Shown here piece after piece: positions 38,067-47,689 of a stretch of DNA of 64,000 bases. Every line of letters starts with the position of its first letter. The stretch's first letter is position 1. The position numbers and the translations under genes were made by a program. This DNA is from an uncultured Gammaproteobacteria bacterium (lineage in GTDB: Bacteria; Patescibacteriota; Microgenomatia; JAMCZE01): contig CAZXMM010000001.1 of NCBI GenBank assembly GCA_964641255.1, positions 79,757 through 143,756 of the forward strand, read 5' to 3'. The notes beneath the pieces are model-generated. The model worked only from the letters and a program-made list of their open reading frames with translations. It ran no database searches and was not told the origin of the DNA.

Positions 38067-40046
38067 CCATACGATAGCAAACGGTTTTAAGGTCAACGAC
38101 AGTTGGCCATTGGTTACTAGGTAGGTTTGTTTAGAAATCACGTCATAGACTTTGACAGCGGCTATTTTTAGTTTCAACGACTGGGTATGAGAAGAAATAT
38201 TGTGCAAGGCAATAATAGTTTCCGAGTTGTCTGGGGCAGTGCGGGTGAGGCCAAAAATATGACGGTTGGCAGTCACCAGCATTACCTGTTTACCACCCGG
38301 ATGAAAAGCCTGGTGGGCTGACCGAACTGTCAACAAATGGAGAATGTCGGGAAGAATCTGATTAATAAGCGACTGTGGTCTTGCCAGTTGCTCGTTTAAA
38401 TCTTCCACAAAGAGTCTGCCCCGATTTAATTCACGGGGGTTGCCGGTTTGGAGATAAAACCTAAAATCATTAAAAGCCCCAAACGGGCCAGTGAGATAGA
38501 GAAATGGAATACCTTTAAGTGGTAGCCCTAAAGCAAAGGCCGCCACGATTTTTTTGGCATTACCTTTCCAGACGCTTGTATAGGTGGAAATGGTTTCGTA
38601 GACCACCGTTTTTTCTCCGTCCGTACTATGGATAGATTTTAAATTGACAAATCGAGGCTCTTCTTTATGCAAAGACTTAAAATCTTTAAGAAACGTGGTC
38701 GGCAGAGCTAGTGGGTCGGAATGCGGCAATTGCATCCGCTTTTGCAACTCGGCTTTACCACTCTTACTGTAATAATTGGCAATAGCGGTAATTTCCCTCT
38801 CAGTTAGCGCCGCCTTGCCTTTAATACTTTTGGGAGCGCGGCAGGGGTTAAGGGAAGTTCCATCGTGGGTCATGCCACATACCACGGCTTGGACTGTTTC
38901 AAAAGATGGGGTTTGAAAATGGTCTAGAGCTTGAGAAAAGGTGGTGGCGTCTTCAGAAATGAGGGTGTGAGGTATCAGCCCGCAGGGTAAAAAGTTATAA
39001 CACATTTGAGCTTTTTGGTCGCCAGCGCTACTTAGGTAGCGAGCGCTGTCTTGGGGGGGCTCCATGCTTTCCGCCAGTAGTTTGACCGAGGGTGAAAGAA
39101 GGACAGCCAGCAAACTAAACAATTCAACAATCTTATGGGTTTTGGGATGATGGGCACAACTTGTTCCCCATTCTTTCCAAACATAGGGAATAGCGTCAAG
39201 ACGTAGAGTGCTAGCTCCCTGAAGAATATAAAAGAACAATATTTCCACCATTTTTAAAAACACCGTGGGATTTTGATAATTTACATCGGGTTGATGGTTG
39301 GAAAAGGTCATATAGACCCAAGAAAAACTACCATTGTCTTTTCTGACTCTAATGAAGGGATCATGGGCTCGCGGGCGATAGATAAGGTGCTGATATTTCT
39401 TGCGAATTTCCGTCAGCTTAGCCATATCGCTTTGGTCGTCCTCACTAAAGGCAATGAAAAAATCTGCAAATTGGGGGTCATTAGCAAGAAACTTCTGAAA
39501 CCAGACAGAATCCTTGGAGAGGTGATTGATGACAAAATCGAGAGCAAAGTTAAACCGCTTGGCGATGTCAGCAACGTCGTCCCAATTTCCCATGGCAGGG
39601 TTAACAGCAAATGGGTCAGCAACGTCAAAGCCACCATCCCTTTGGGGGGAAGTATAAATGGGCAACAAATGAACCGTGAGATTTGAGGCGACCGCTTGGT
39701 AGTGCTGGTCTAAGAATTGTCGCAGCACTTGGAGTGGATAAATCTCAGGATTTTTACTTTTGAGATGGTCACCGTAACAGATTAAATAAAAAGTCTTTTC
39801 TGACCAACTCGCCCCAGTTCCCAGTTGCTGATCACGCTTCATGAGTTGGGGCGACTTACGTTTTTGCGCTTCGGTTAAAATTGTTTCCAAATCAGCTAAG
39901 ATTTTTGGGGTTTGGGCTAATCCCCAGACTTCACTAAGTAGTTTTTCTACCTTAGTTTTTACCTTAGGATCAAAAGTGGGTACTGAAGTGGCGAATAGAG
40001 GCAGATTGCGAAGTGGTAGCTCAAGATTGTACTTTGGGCTTTCCAT
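38049..40046 (-). CDS. GH13 sucrose-phosphorylase-family enzyme (probable glucosylglycerate phosphorylase, GH13_18)
   Basis: LICYGD, VHLLP, DGGFDVAD, DFVINH, TFS..QPDVNY, LRLDAIPYVWKE.GTSC, LAES, THDG, RELNR. Confidence 0.78.
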   Translation of the reverse strand: MESPKYNLELPLRNLPLFATSVPTFDPKVKTKVEKLLSEVWGLAQTPKILADLETILTEAQKRKSPQLMKRDQQLGTGASWSEKTFYLICYGDHLKSKNPEIYPLQVLRQFLDQHYQAVASNLTVHLLPIYTSPQRDGGFDVADPFAVNPAMGNWDDVADIAKRFNFALDFVINHLSKDSVWFQKFLANDPQFADFFIAFSEDDQSDMAKLTEIRKKYQHLIYRPRAHDPFIRVRKDNGSFSWVYMTFSNHQPDVNYQNPTVFLKMVEILFFYILQGASTLRLDAIPYVWKEWGTSCAHHPKTHKIVELFSLLAVLLSPSVKLLAESMEPPQDSARYLSSAGDQKAQMCYNFLPCGLIPHTLISEDATTFSQALDHFQTPSFETVQAVVCGMTHDGTSLNPCRAPKSIKGKAALTEREITAIANYYSKSGKAELQKRMQLPHSDPLALPTTFLKDFKSLHKEEPRFVNLKSIHSTDGEKTVVYETISTYTSVWKGNAKKIVAAFALGLPLKGIPFLYLTGPFGAFNDFRFYLQTGNPRELNRGRLFVEDLNEQLARPQSLINQILPDILHLLTVRSAHQAFHPGGKQVMLVTANRHIFGLTRTAPDNSETIIALHNISSHTQSLKLKIAAVKVYDVISKQTYLVTNGQLSLTLKPFAIVWLCPQE

Positions 40047-40114
40047 GTAGCCCTATCTTAGGGCCTTTTTTGACACTTAACAAGGGCTGAGGAACAGTAT
40101 AAGATGGGGTCGCA

Positions 40115-41398
40115 ATGTCACTTTTTAGCAACGCCCTTATTCAGCTAAAAAACGCCTCAACCCCAATCGCTACCGACCGAACCCTCGACAATGTTTTGGC
40201 CAGTCTGACCAGTCCCAAAAGGGTGATTACTGTTACCTTTCCAATAATCATGGATAGTGGTGAGAGGATAGTTCTGACTGGCTACCGGGTACAGTACGAT
40301 GATTGTCTTGGTCCTTATAAGGGCGGGATCCGTTTTAGTCCCCATGTCTCTCTGGACGAAGTGCAAGCATTGGCCTTCTGGATGACGTTTAAAAATGCGG
40401 TAGCCGGCAATCCTTTTGGTGGAGGCAAGGGAGCGGTAATTGTCGACCCCAAAAAATTATCGGCGGCAGAACTAGAGCAAGTGTCTCGGGGTTATTGCCG
40501 GGCACTAGTCCCTTGCGTTGGATCTTTCATTGACGTCCCCGGCCCGGACCTTGGCACTAACGAAACAGTCATGGATTTTTTTGCCAAAGAGTACGGCCGG
40601 CTCATGAAGGACTTAACAAAAGAGGAAAGACTAGCGGTGGTAACTGGTAAGTCTTTAAATTACCACGGTAGTTGGGGGCGCACCGAGTCAACTGGTTTTG
40701 GTGGGGCGTATGTTCTAGAGCAGGCACTAGAGTTAATAGGCAAGGACATTTTTCCTCGAGGTAAAAAACTCACCGTAGCGATTCAGGGTATGGGTAATGT
40801 CGGATTCTTCTTAGCCAAGAAACTTGACCCGGATAAATTTTCTCTCCTAGCCATCTCTGACTCTACGGCCGGAATTAAAGCCTCGGGTAATGGTTTAGAT
40901 CTTGCTAAGGTCCAGTCACTCAAAGGGAAATTTGGCACCCTTAGCCAAGTTAAGGAGGCGGGCTACGACGTTATCTCTAATCGTGAGCTACTGGCTCTAC
41001 CAGTGGATATTTTAATTCCGGCTGCGCTGGAAAATCAGATTACACCCGATAACGCTAACGAAATAAAAGCCAGGTTAATTTTAGAAATGGCCAATGGCCC
41101 CACTACTCCAGAAGCGGAGTCGGTTTTAGAAAAAAATGGAGTGATAATTATCCCCGACATTTTAGCTAATAGCGGCGGGGTATCGGTTTCTTATTTTGAG
41201 TGGCTACAAAACATAAGGGGCGAGCGATGGGCGTTTAGCAAGGTTGATAGTTTACTTAAGAAAAAAATGCGTCGAGCCACCAGGGCAGTCTTAGCGACCA
41301 GTAAGCGCTATGGGACGTCAATGAGATCGGGAGCTTTTATCTTTGCAATTGAGACAATTAAAAAAAAGGCCTCGCCCGACCGGGCCACTTGTACTTGA
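40115..41398 (+). CDS. gdhA: Glu/Leu/Phe/Val dehydrogenase (glutamate dehydrogenase)
   Basis: GPYKGGIRF, MTFK, GGGKG, DVPGPD, VVTGK, IQGMGNVG, EMANGP, PDILANSGGVSVSYFEW. Confidence 0.9.
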   Translation: MSLFSNALIQLKNASTPIATDRTLDNVLASLTSPKRVITVTFPIIMDSGERIVLTGYRVQYDDCLGPYKGGIRFSPHVSLDEVQALAFWMTFKNAVAGNPFGGGKGAVIVDPKKLSAAELEQVSRGYCRALVPCVGSFIDVPGPDLGTNETVMDFFAKEYGRLMKDLTKEERLAVVTGKSLNYHGSWGRTESTGFGGAYVLEQALELIGKDIFPRGKKLTVAIQGMGNVGFFLAKKLDPDKFSLLAISDSTAGIKASGNGLDLAKVQSLKGKFGTLSQVKEAGYDVISNRELLALPVDILIPAALENQITPDNANEIKARLILEMANGPTTPEAESVLEKNGVIIIPDILANSGGVSVSYFEWLQNIRGERWAFSKVDSLLKKKMRRATRAVLATSKRYGTSMRSGAFIFAIETIKKKASPDRATCT

Positions 41399-41441
41399 TG
41401 GGAGATTTGCTAAAATTAGTTCTAACTCCTGCCTCGAAAGT

Positions 41442-41756
41442 ATGATAGTTGCACTTCTTGTTTTACTAGTGGCCCTGTGGTTCTTGGGTTTTATCAGTTT
41501 GCCTATGTTTCCCATCAGCAACTTTGTTCTTTTTACTCTTTTTGGCGTTGCTATTACTTTGTATCAAGTAATTATTTTTTTGATTATTCTTTGGTTAATC
41601 GATCTCTTGCCAGGCTTTTTTAAATATCTTGCTGGAGTACTACTACTTCTCTGGGTGCTGTCTGTGTTCGGAGTGATTACTATTATCAACTTTCCTCACA
41701 TCATAGTTTTGACAATTATTTTTGGACTAGTGTACTTTCTAATTGCCGGCCCTTAG
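41442..41756 (+). CDS. Small integral membrane protein
   Basis: Almost wholly hydrophobic, about 104 aa from ATG 41442. Confidence 0.65.
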   Translation: MIVALLVLLVALWFLGFISLPMFPISNFVLFTLFGVAITLYQVIIFLIILWLIDLLPGFFKYLAGVLLLLWVLSVFGVITIINFPHIIVLTIIFGLVYFLIAGP

Positions 41757-42818
41757 TCAAATCTCTTGGCTCGCCTTTAACATTTCGGTAAGAATTTGTA
41801 GTTTTTTAGCGCCCTCCAAAAAATAGGGTTGGCCAAAATCAACAATTTCTATTGGGAAATATTCCACATCCACCAGCTCACCTTCATAGAAGGTGTACTT
41901 TCCCACCACACCTTCTTTGGTTTTTTGCGACCACTCCTGGTCAAAAATGAAATTGCCATGACCGTAGGTGATAAGCTTCCCTTGATAAAATTCGATTGGT
42001 TTTATCCAGTGGGGGTGGTTACCAATGATTAGGTCTGCCCCGAAATCGATTGCTAGTTGACCAAGTTCTCTTTGTCTTTCTTCCGGGGGGGTAACATATT
42101 CGGTGCCCCAATGAAACTCGACAATAATAATGTCAGCCCCTTTGTCAGCTTCTTTAATTTCTCGTTCCATCCGGGCGATATCTACCTCCTCTGGTACTGG
42201 CTGTGACCAGGGGATATCGTTATAACCCAAAAAGGCCAAGGTTTTACCCTTAGCGGTGAGATACTTTGGATTTTTGATTCCAAACGGTATGATACCCGCA
42301 CTCCGTAAGGTTTGATCGGTGCTTGCTAAGCCGCGCTCGCCAAAGTTCCCGGTGTGATTATTCGCTAGGGAGGCAACGTCGACTCCGGCGAATGTTAGGC
42401 CGCTAACAAAATCAGAGTGTCCGCAGAATATCATCCCCTCTTTTCTTACTGGACAGTCAGCAAGAAGGGGAGCTTCTAGGTCGATTAAAGTAATATCTCC
42501 ACTCCTTAAAAATTCGGCAGTTTTGGCAAAGGTCCATTTGGGATCTTTGTACTGCACCATAGTTTTAAAATTAGTCATTCGGGCCGGTATTACGTCCCCA
42601 GTAGCAATGAGGGTGAGAGTTTTTTCTGCCGCCAGAGTCGCTACCCAGGAATGATCGGAGGCAAAAATTTCCCCAAGTGACAAGTGGGGTAGAATCTTTG
42701 TCGAGACTTCAGAAGGAATTGTTTTTTGAGTTTGGACTAAAGAGTCGGGGGGGCGCAAAGTAGTCTGCCCAAAAAACACTAAGACACTAACAAAAACAAG
42801 GATCAGGGCAATAAACAT
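41757..42818 (-). CDS. CapA family metallophosphatase-fold protein
   Basis: ATGDV, DLEAP, LANNH, FHWGTEY, GNHPH, YGHGNFIFDQ. Confidence 0.9.
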   Translation of the reverse strand: MFIALILVFVSVLVFFGQTTLRPPDSLVQTQKTIPSEVSTKILPHLSLGEIFASDHSWVATLAAEKTLTLIATGDVIPARMTNFKTMVQYKDPKWTFAKTAEFLRSGDITLIDLEAPLLADCPVRKEGMIFCGHSDFVSGLTFAGVDVASLANNHTGNFGERGLASTDQTLRSAGIIPFGIKNPKYLTAKGKTLAFLGYNDIPWSQPVPEEVDIARMEREIKEADKGADIIIVEFHWGTEYVTPPEERQRELGQLAIDFGADLIIGNHPHWIKPIEFYQGKLITYGHGNFIFDQEWSQKTKEGVVGKYTFYEGELVDVEYFPIEIVDFGQPYFLEGAKKLQILTEMLKASQEI

Positions 42819-42886
42819 GAACCTATTGTACCCCTTTTGGCAAAGTGGACTTTGAGGGAAAACGGTAATTGTGTACAATGGGTCAG

Positions 42887-43576
42887 ATGAAAAGAGTTGT
42901 TCCCATTGCTATCCTTGTCATTATTTTACTAGTCTTGGCCTCTTTGTTTTTTCGAAGAGGTCCACAAATGCAGGAGCAGCTGGGACTAAAACAAACCAGC
43001 GAGGCGCTACCACCCAAGAGTGCTGGGATGGTAGACAAGAGTTATGTTTCTGGAGATAATCTGACTTACAATAACAGTATCCCTATGAATATTGACACCA
43101 ATAAGACTTATCAAGCAGTACTTCATACTACGGAAGGGGACATTGTTGTCTCTCTTAACGCCCAAGCAACCCCGATTACTGTCAATAATTTTGTTACCCT
43201 GGCGGAGAAAAATTTTTACAACAATACCATTTTTCACCGGGTGATTAAGGGCTTTATGATCCAGGGTGGCGACCCCAAAGGAGACGGCACTGGTGATCCT
43301 GGATATAAATTTGCTGACGAGCCGTTTACGGGTGATTACACTCGGGGGACGGTAGCCATGGCTAATTCTGGACCAGACACCAATGGTAGCCAGTTTTTTA
43401 TCATGCATGCTGACGCCGAACTTCCTAAAAATTATGTCATTTTTGGCACCGTCACTTCTGGTTTAGAAGTAGTCGATAAAATAGCCGAAGCTCCGGTTGA
43501 AATTAGCCGTTCTGGTGAACGGTCTCAGCCAGTAACTCCGGTTAGGGTAACTTCGGTGACCATCGAAGAAAAGTAG
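42887..43576 (+). CDS. Cyclophilin-type peptidyl-prolyl isomerase, membrane-anchored
   Basis: FHRVIKGFMIQGGDP, AMANSGPDTNGSQFF. Confidence 0.95.
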   Translation: MKRVVPIAILVIILLVLASLFFRRGPQMQEQLGLKQTSEALPPKSAGMVDKSYVSGDNLTYNNSIPMNIDTNKTYQAVLHTTEGDIVVSLNAQATPITVNNFVTLAEKNFYNNTIFHRVIKGFMIQGGDPKGDGTGDPGYKFADEPFTGDYTRGTVAMANSGPDTNGSQFFIMHADAELPKNYVIFGTVTSGLEVVDKIAEAPVEISRSGERSQPVTPVRVTSVTIEEK

Positions 43577-43584
43577 GTAACATA

Positions 43585-44277
43585 ATGAAAAAGGTTGTTT
43601 TTATAACAGGTGCCTCCAGGGGTATTGGCTTTGCCTCCGTTACAAGATTTGTAGCTGAGGGTTGGCAAGTGGCCGGCTTCTATAAAAATGCTCCGGGCCC
43701 ACAAATGGCAGGGGTGAAGTGGTATCAGGTAGATATTAGACAGTCGCAATCGATCAAAGACTCTTTCGCCACAGCCATGAGTGATTTCGGTCAAATTGAT
43801 TGTCTGGTGAACAGTGCCGGTGTAATGCTTTACAAACAGCTTACTGACTATGATGATGAGTCACTCGAAGAAGTAGTGAGTATCAACGAAAAGGGTACCT
43901 ATCTTTTTACTCAAGCAACGCTTGGGCATATGCGTCAGGGCTCAATCATAAATTTAAGCTCAACGGTCGCCCACGTTGGCAGTAGCGATCCAATCTATGC
44001 CGCAACCAAAGGAGCCATTCTTTCCTTCACTAAGGCGATGGCCAAGGCACTAGCTCCCAATATTCGCGTTAACTCGGTTGCTCCGGGGGCGACGATGACA
44101 GATATGATGAAAAATCATGACCCCAAACGACTAGAAGAGCTAAAAGAAGCCTCGCTCTTAAAAAAAATAGCTCAACCCGAAGAAATAGCGGCTGGGATCT
44201 ATTTCCTAGCGTCAGAGGACGCCTCTCATATTACTGGTATCTGCTTAGACATCAATGCTGGCTATGTTCTTCGTTAA
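43585..44277 (+). CDS. Short-chain dehydrogenase/reductase (FabG-like)
   Basis: ITGASRGIG, NSAG, YAATK, IRVNSVAPG. Confidence 0.9.
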   Translation: MKKVVFITGASRGIGFASVTRFVAEGWQVAGFYKNAPGPQMAGVKWYQVDIRQSQSIKDSFATAMSDFGQIDCLVNSAGVMLYKQLTDYDDESLEEVVSINEKGTYLFTQATLGHMRQGSIINLSSTVAHVGSSDPIYAATKGAILSFTKAMAKALAPNIRVNSVAPGATMTDMMKNHDPKRLEELKEASLLKKIAQPEEIAAGIYFLASEDASHITGICLDINAGYVLR

Positions 44278-44349
44278 TTTCTTTTCTTCTTCGAACAAAT
44301 ATGTGTACAATGATAGGACTTACACAAGAAAGAGGAGGTGAATTGATAT

Positions 44350-44586
44350 ATGGCAAAAGATAATAAAGCGGGACTATTTGCGCTCGGCGCTGTTGGAGCC
44401 CTCGCGGGTGCCGCCGCCGCCCTGTTTATGCGCAAGAAAGAAAATCGACAAAAAGTAGAAAAAGCTTTGGGTACTATTGAAAAAAGAGGTGGGGAAATGG
44501 TAAAAATGGCGGAAAAGGAGATGGCCAAAATGCAAAAAGGAATCAAATCCACGAGTAAAAAGTCAAAAAAAAGTAAAAAGCGCTGA
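44350..44586 (+). CDS. Small basic protein, YtxH-like
   Basis: Strong SD (GAGGAGGTGA) upstream; GAVGALAGAAAALF hydrophobic motif; Lys-rich tail. Confidence 0.7.
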   Translation: MAKDNKAGLFALGAVGALAGAAAALFMRKKENRQKVEKALGTIEKRGGEMVKMAEKEMAKMQKGIKSTSKKSKKSKKR

Positions 44587-44654
44587 CTTGCATTATGGTC
44601 TCTTGAGATAAACAAAATCCTGCCTTGGGGCAGGAATTTGTTTGGAGGGAAGTT

Positions 44655-44942
44655 ATGACTAAAAACGAAGAGTATTTTCAAAACATGCTGCGCCTGAATA
44701 AGGAACAGTTTGCAAATTTTACTGCCATTCATCAAGCCTACACCCTGGATCCAAGAAGTAACCAGGAAAAGTTTAATGAGGTGGGAAGAGATATCCTGGA
44801 TATCATTCGGGACTGGGAAGACAAGTTGTGCAATCATTCCGAAAGTGGTAAATATGCCAAGTTTTCGGCCCAGTTGTCGGATAAGTTTTGGGGTCTTATC
44901 AGAGAGAAGTTCCCCAAAATTGACTACGTTGGAGTAAAGTAG
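44655..44942 (+). CDS. Hypothetical protein
   Basis: GGAGG precedes ATG 44655; 95-aa soluble helical-looking protein. Confidence 0.65.
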   Translation: MTKNEEYFQNMLRLNKEQFANFTAIHQAYTLDPRSNQEKFNEVGRDILDIIRDWEDKLCNHSESGKYAKFSAQLSDKFWGLIREKFPKIDYVGVK

Positions 44943-44951
44943 TAGCTACTA

Positions 44952-45635
44952 ATGAGATCAATTAAGCACCCCAAACAGGTAAGTTGGTTAAGAGATGTAA
45001 TTTTGGGAGGCCAAGACGGACTCGTTAATGTTTTTGGTGTTATCTTGGGGGTGACGGCCGCTAGTGGTGACCAGCGAATTTTGATTGCTGCTAGTCTGGC
45101 GGCCGCATTCGCTGAGGCCATTTCTTTAGGTGCAGTAGCTTACACCTCGGCCATGGCGCAGCGGGATTACTATCAAAAAGAACTAGAATTGCAACGACAA
45201 GAAATAGAGTCTAAGCCTGGTGAGGAACAAGCAAAAGTAAGAGTAATTTATGAAGCCAAAGGGTTTAGCGGCGACATTCTTGAGCGGGTAGTAGCGACCA
45301 TCACAAGTAATAAACAGATTTGGACCCTAGTTCTTCTTGAGGAGGAACATGGTCTTTCTCCTCTAGATACCGAACGAATTGTGGTTTCCGCTTGCGTAGT
45401 TGGGCTAGCCGCTTTTATTGGTTCACTTATTCCTCTGGGCCCATTTGTCTTTCTCGCTCGGGAGAGTGCGGTGCCAATGGCAGTATTAGTCTGTTCGCTT
45501 GCATTATTTATCCTTGGGGTCTCTGAATCGAAACTCTACGTAGGTAAATGGTGGAAAAATGGACTTAGGATAATGATTATTGGTATGGGTGCCGCCGCCG
45601 CCGGCTATTTGGTGGGCAAAATTTTTAGTGTATAG
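44952..45635 (+). CDS. VIT1/CCC1 family Fe/Mn transporter
   Basis: LRDVILGGQDGLV, AEAISLGAVAY, IGSLIPL.PF. Confidence 0.9.
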   Translation: MRSIKHPKQVSWLRDVILGGQDGLVNVFGVILGVTAASGDQRILIAASLAAAFAEAISLGAVAYTSAMAQRDYYQKELELQRQEIESKPGEEQAKVRVIYEAKGFSGDILERVVATITSNKQIWTLVLLEEEHGLSPLDTERIVVSACVVGLAAFIGSLIPLGPFVFLARESAVPMAVLVCSLALFILGVSESKLYVGKWWKNGLRIMIIGMGAAAAGYLVGKIFSV

Positions 45636-45644
45636 TTAGCCTCT

Positions 45645-46253
45645 ATGTTTGAAACAATTTTTGATTTGGAAACTAAAAAGTTTTTTGACGATATTGGCGA
45701 GTCTGATCCCAGCAAACTGGGTGTTTCCATTGTGTCACTCTATTTTCGAGAATTGGATGGTGACTTTAAAGAAATAAGTGGTACCATGATGAGCTTTTGG
45801 GAGAGCGAATTTAATCAGATGTGGAAATATTTTTATGATTCCCAGCGAATAATAGGATTTAATACTGTTCGCTTTGACGTTCCAGCCCTAAGGCCCTATG
45901 CCCCAAAAGATTTTGCCAGGTTGCCTCACTTTGATATTTTAGAGAAACTTAAGCTGGAATCGGGACACCGCGCTTCATTAAATAAGATTGCCATCGATAC
46001 CTTAGGGGACTCTAAGATCGATCACGGAGCCAACGCTATTGAATATTGGAACAAGGGAGATGAAGTTAGCTTAGGACTGTTAAAAAAATACTGCGAGTAT
46101 GATGTTGTTTTGACGAAGAACATTTACGACTTCGGAAGTCAAAATAAATATCTTAAATTTACTGACCACTGGAATAATCCAAGAACCGTGACTATCGATT
46201 TTTCTTATCCTACTGATTTTGCTCCTGAAGCTAAACAAACTAGCCTATTTTGA
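45645..46253 (+). CDS. DEDD/RNase H-like 3'-5' exonuclease (YprB-like)
   Basis: FDLET (Exo I), IGFN..RFD (Exo II), YCEYDV (Exo III). Confidence 0.8.
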   Translation: MFETIFDLETKKFFDDIGESDPSKLGVSIVSLYFRELDGDFKEISGTMMSFWESEFNQMWKYFYDSQRIIGFNTVRFDVPALRPYAPKDFARLPHFDILEKLKLESGHRASLNKIAIDTLGDSKIDHGANAIEYWNKGDEVSLGLLKKYCEYDVVLTKNIYDFGSQNKYLKFTDHWNNPRTVTIDFSYPTDFAPEAKQTSLF

Positions 46254-46265
46254 TACAATGGGCCT

Positions 46266-46790
46266 ATGTTAAAGCGCCAGTTTCCACCACCGACTCTTTA
46301 TTATGGTTCGGTCTACTTTGACAATAATTATGTTTTGGTGCCAAATATTTTTGTTCGACCCAGTATCGACGAAGTGTTCGCTCTAGCCAACTCTATTGTC
46401 TTACTTAATGCTCCTAGGTACCAAAAGATTCGGGCTAGAAAGCTCGAGTATGTTGACAGCTTTGTAATAGATGACGACTTTTACCATCCGGTTCCCCAAG
46501 AAAACCAAAAAGAATGGACACCGGAATTTAACCGAGAGCAAGTTGTTGGCGGCGAAGCCGCCATCCCTAACGCCCTGGTCACAATTTTGATTGGCAAAAT
46601 TACCAATAAGCGAGATAAAAAGTTTTTCCCCAAAGGAGACGCTTTCTTCCTTGATGAGTGGTATCATACTTCTGATCCAAAAGAGGCTCGTGAGTTGATG
46701 AAAAAGTCAGACCTGCCACTTTTTATTCCCGCTCAGTGGGCCCACCTTTATAAGCCAACCGAAGAAGTGATTTGGAGCGGATGGAACTAA
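46266..46790 (+). CDS. Hypothetical protein
   Basis: 174-aa ORF; TACAAT 6 nt before ATG. Confidence 0.6.
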   Translation: MLKRQFPPPTLYYGSVYFDNNYVLVPNIFVRPSIDEVFALANSIVLLNAPRYQKIRARKLEYVDSFVIDDDFYHPVPQENQKEWTPEFNREQVVGGEAAIPNALVTILIGKITNKRDKKFFPKGDAFFLDEWYHTSDPKEARELMKKSDLPLFIPAQWAHLYKPTEEVIWSGWN

Positions 46791-46792
46791 CT

Positions 46793-47653
46793 ATGGCTAA
46801 AGATAAATTTTCTGCCACCTGGGTATCCCACTCTTCAATCACAGACTTTTTGAATTGTCCTCGGGCCTATTATCTCAAAAACATGTGGAAACGCCCCGAG
46901 ACTAAACACAAAGTGCAAATTGTCACCCCCGCGTTATCTTTAGGCTCAGCCATTCATGAGGTGGTGGAGGCACTGTCCATTTTGCCAACAGACCGGCGCT
47001 TTGACGAAGGTCTCATTCCCAAGTTTGAGCAAGTTTGGGTTAGCTATAGTGGTAAGGTGGGAGGGTTTTTGGATGCCGATACCGAACACCACTATAAGGA
47101 GCGGGGACTAGCGATGTTGAGGCGAGTAACAAAGCACCCGGGACCACTTAAAAATTTGGCTGTCAAAATCAACATGGAACTGCCCCATTTTTGGTTATCG
47201 GAAGAAGAAAATATTATCCTCTGTGGCAAAATTGATTGGCTGGAGTACTTTAAAGAACAAAATGCGGTCAGAATCATCGATTTTAAAACTAGCAAAAGTG
47301 AAGAAAGGAAAAGCTCGCTCCAGCTGCCAGTGTACATGCTACTGGCTACCAATTGCCAAACGAGGAGGGTGGCGGGGGCAGCCTATTGGTATTTAGAATC
47401 TAGCGATGAAATTACCGAAAAAGTACTGCCACAGTATGACAGCGCTTTGGGAGAAGTCCTCAAGATTGCACGGTCAGTTAAGTTAGCTCGCAGCTTGGCC
47501 AGATTGACCTGTGCCACTAATGGCTGCCACTTTTGTGAACCGCTGGAAAAAATTTTCCGTGGCGAAGCACAGTTTGTTGGACAAAATGCTTTTGGTCAGG
47601 ATTTGTTTCTAATTCCCGAAGTTACCAAAGAAATGGCAGACACCATTTTATAA
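46793..47653 (+). CDS. PD-(D/E)XK nuclease (RecB/AddB/Cas4-like) with probable Fe-S cysteines
   Basis: SHSSI..FLNCPR, LGSAIH, GKIDW, IIDFKT, QLPVY, C-terminal CxxxxCxxC. Confidence 0.85.
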   Translation: MAKDKFSATWVSHSSITDFLNCPRAYYLKNMWKRPETKHKVQIVTPALSLGSAIHEVVEALSILPTDRRFDEGLIPKFEQVWVSYSGKVGGFLDADTEHHYKERGLAMLRRVTKHPGPLKNLAVKINMELPHFWLSEEENIILCGKIDWLEYFKEQNAVRIIDFKTSKSEERKSSLQLPVYMLLATNCQTRRVAGAAYWYLESSDEITEKVLPQYDSALGEVLKIARSVKLARSLARLTCATNGCHFCEPLEKIFRGEAQFVGQNAFGQDLFLIPEVTKEMADTIL

Positions 47654-47689
47654 AATTCTCTTGCAATCTTGTGCTACAATCGTTAGTAG

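Noticed and set aside
41757-42818. Poly-gamma-glutamate capsule locus (CapA near glutamate dehydrogenase)
   Set aside because: No capB/capC present; stand-alone CapA-domain proteins are widespread.
44274-44837. 187-aa minus-strand ORF
   Set aside because: Antisense shadow of two plus-strand genes that have good RBS sites.
46793-47653. Cas4 of a CRISPR-Cas locus
   Set aside because: No cas1/cas2 and no repeat-spacer array in the window.
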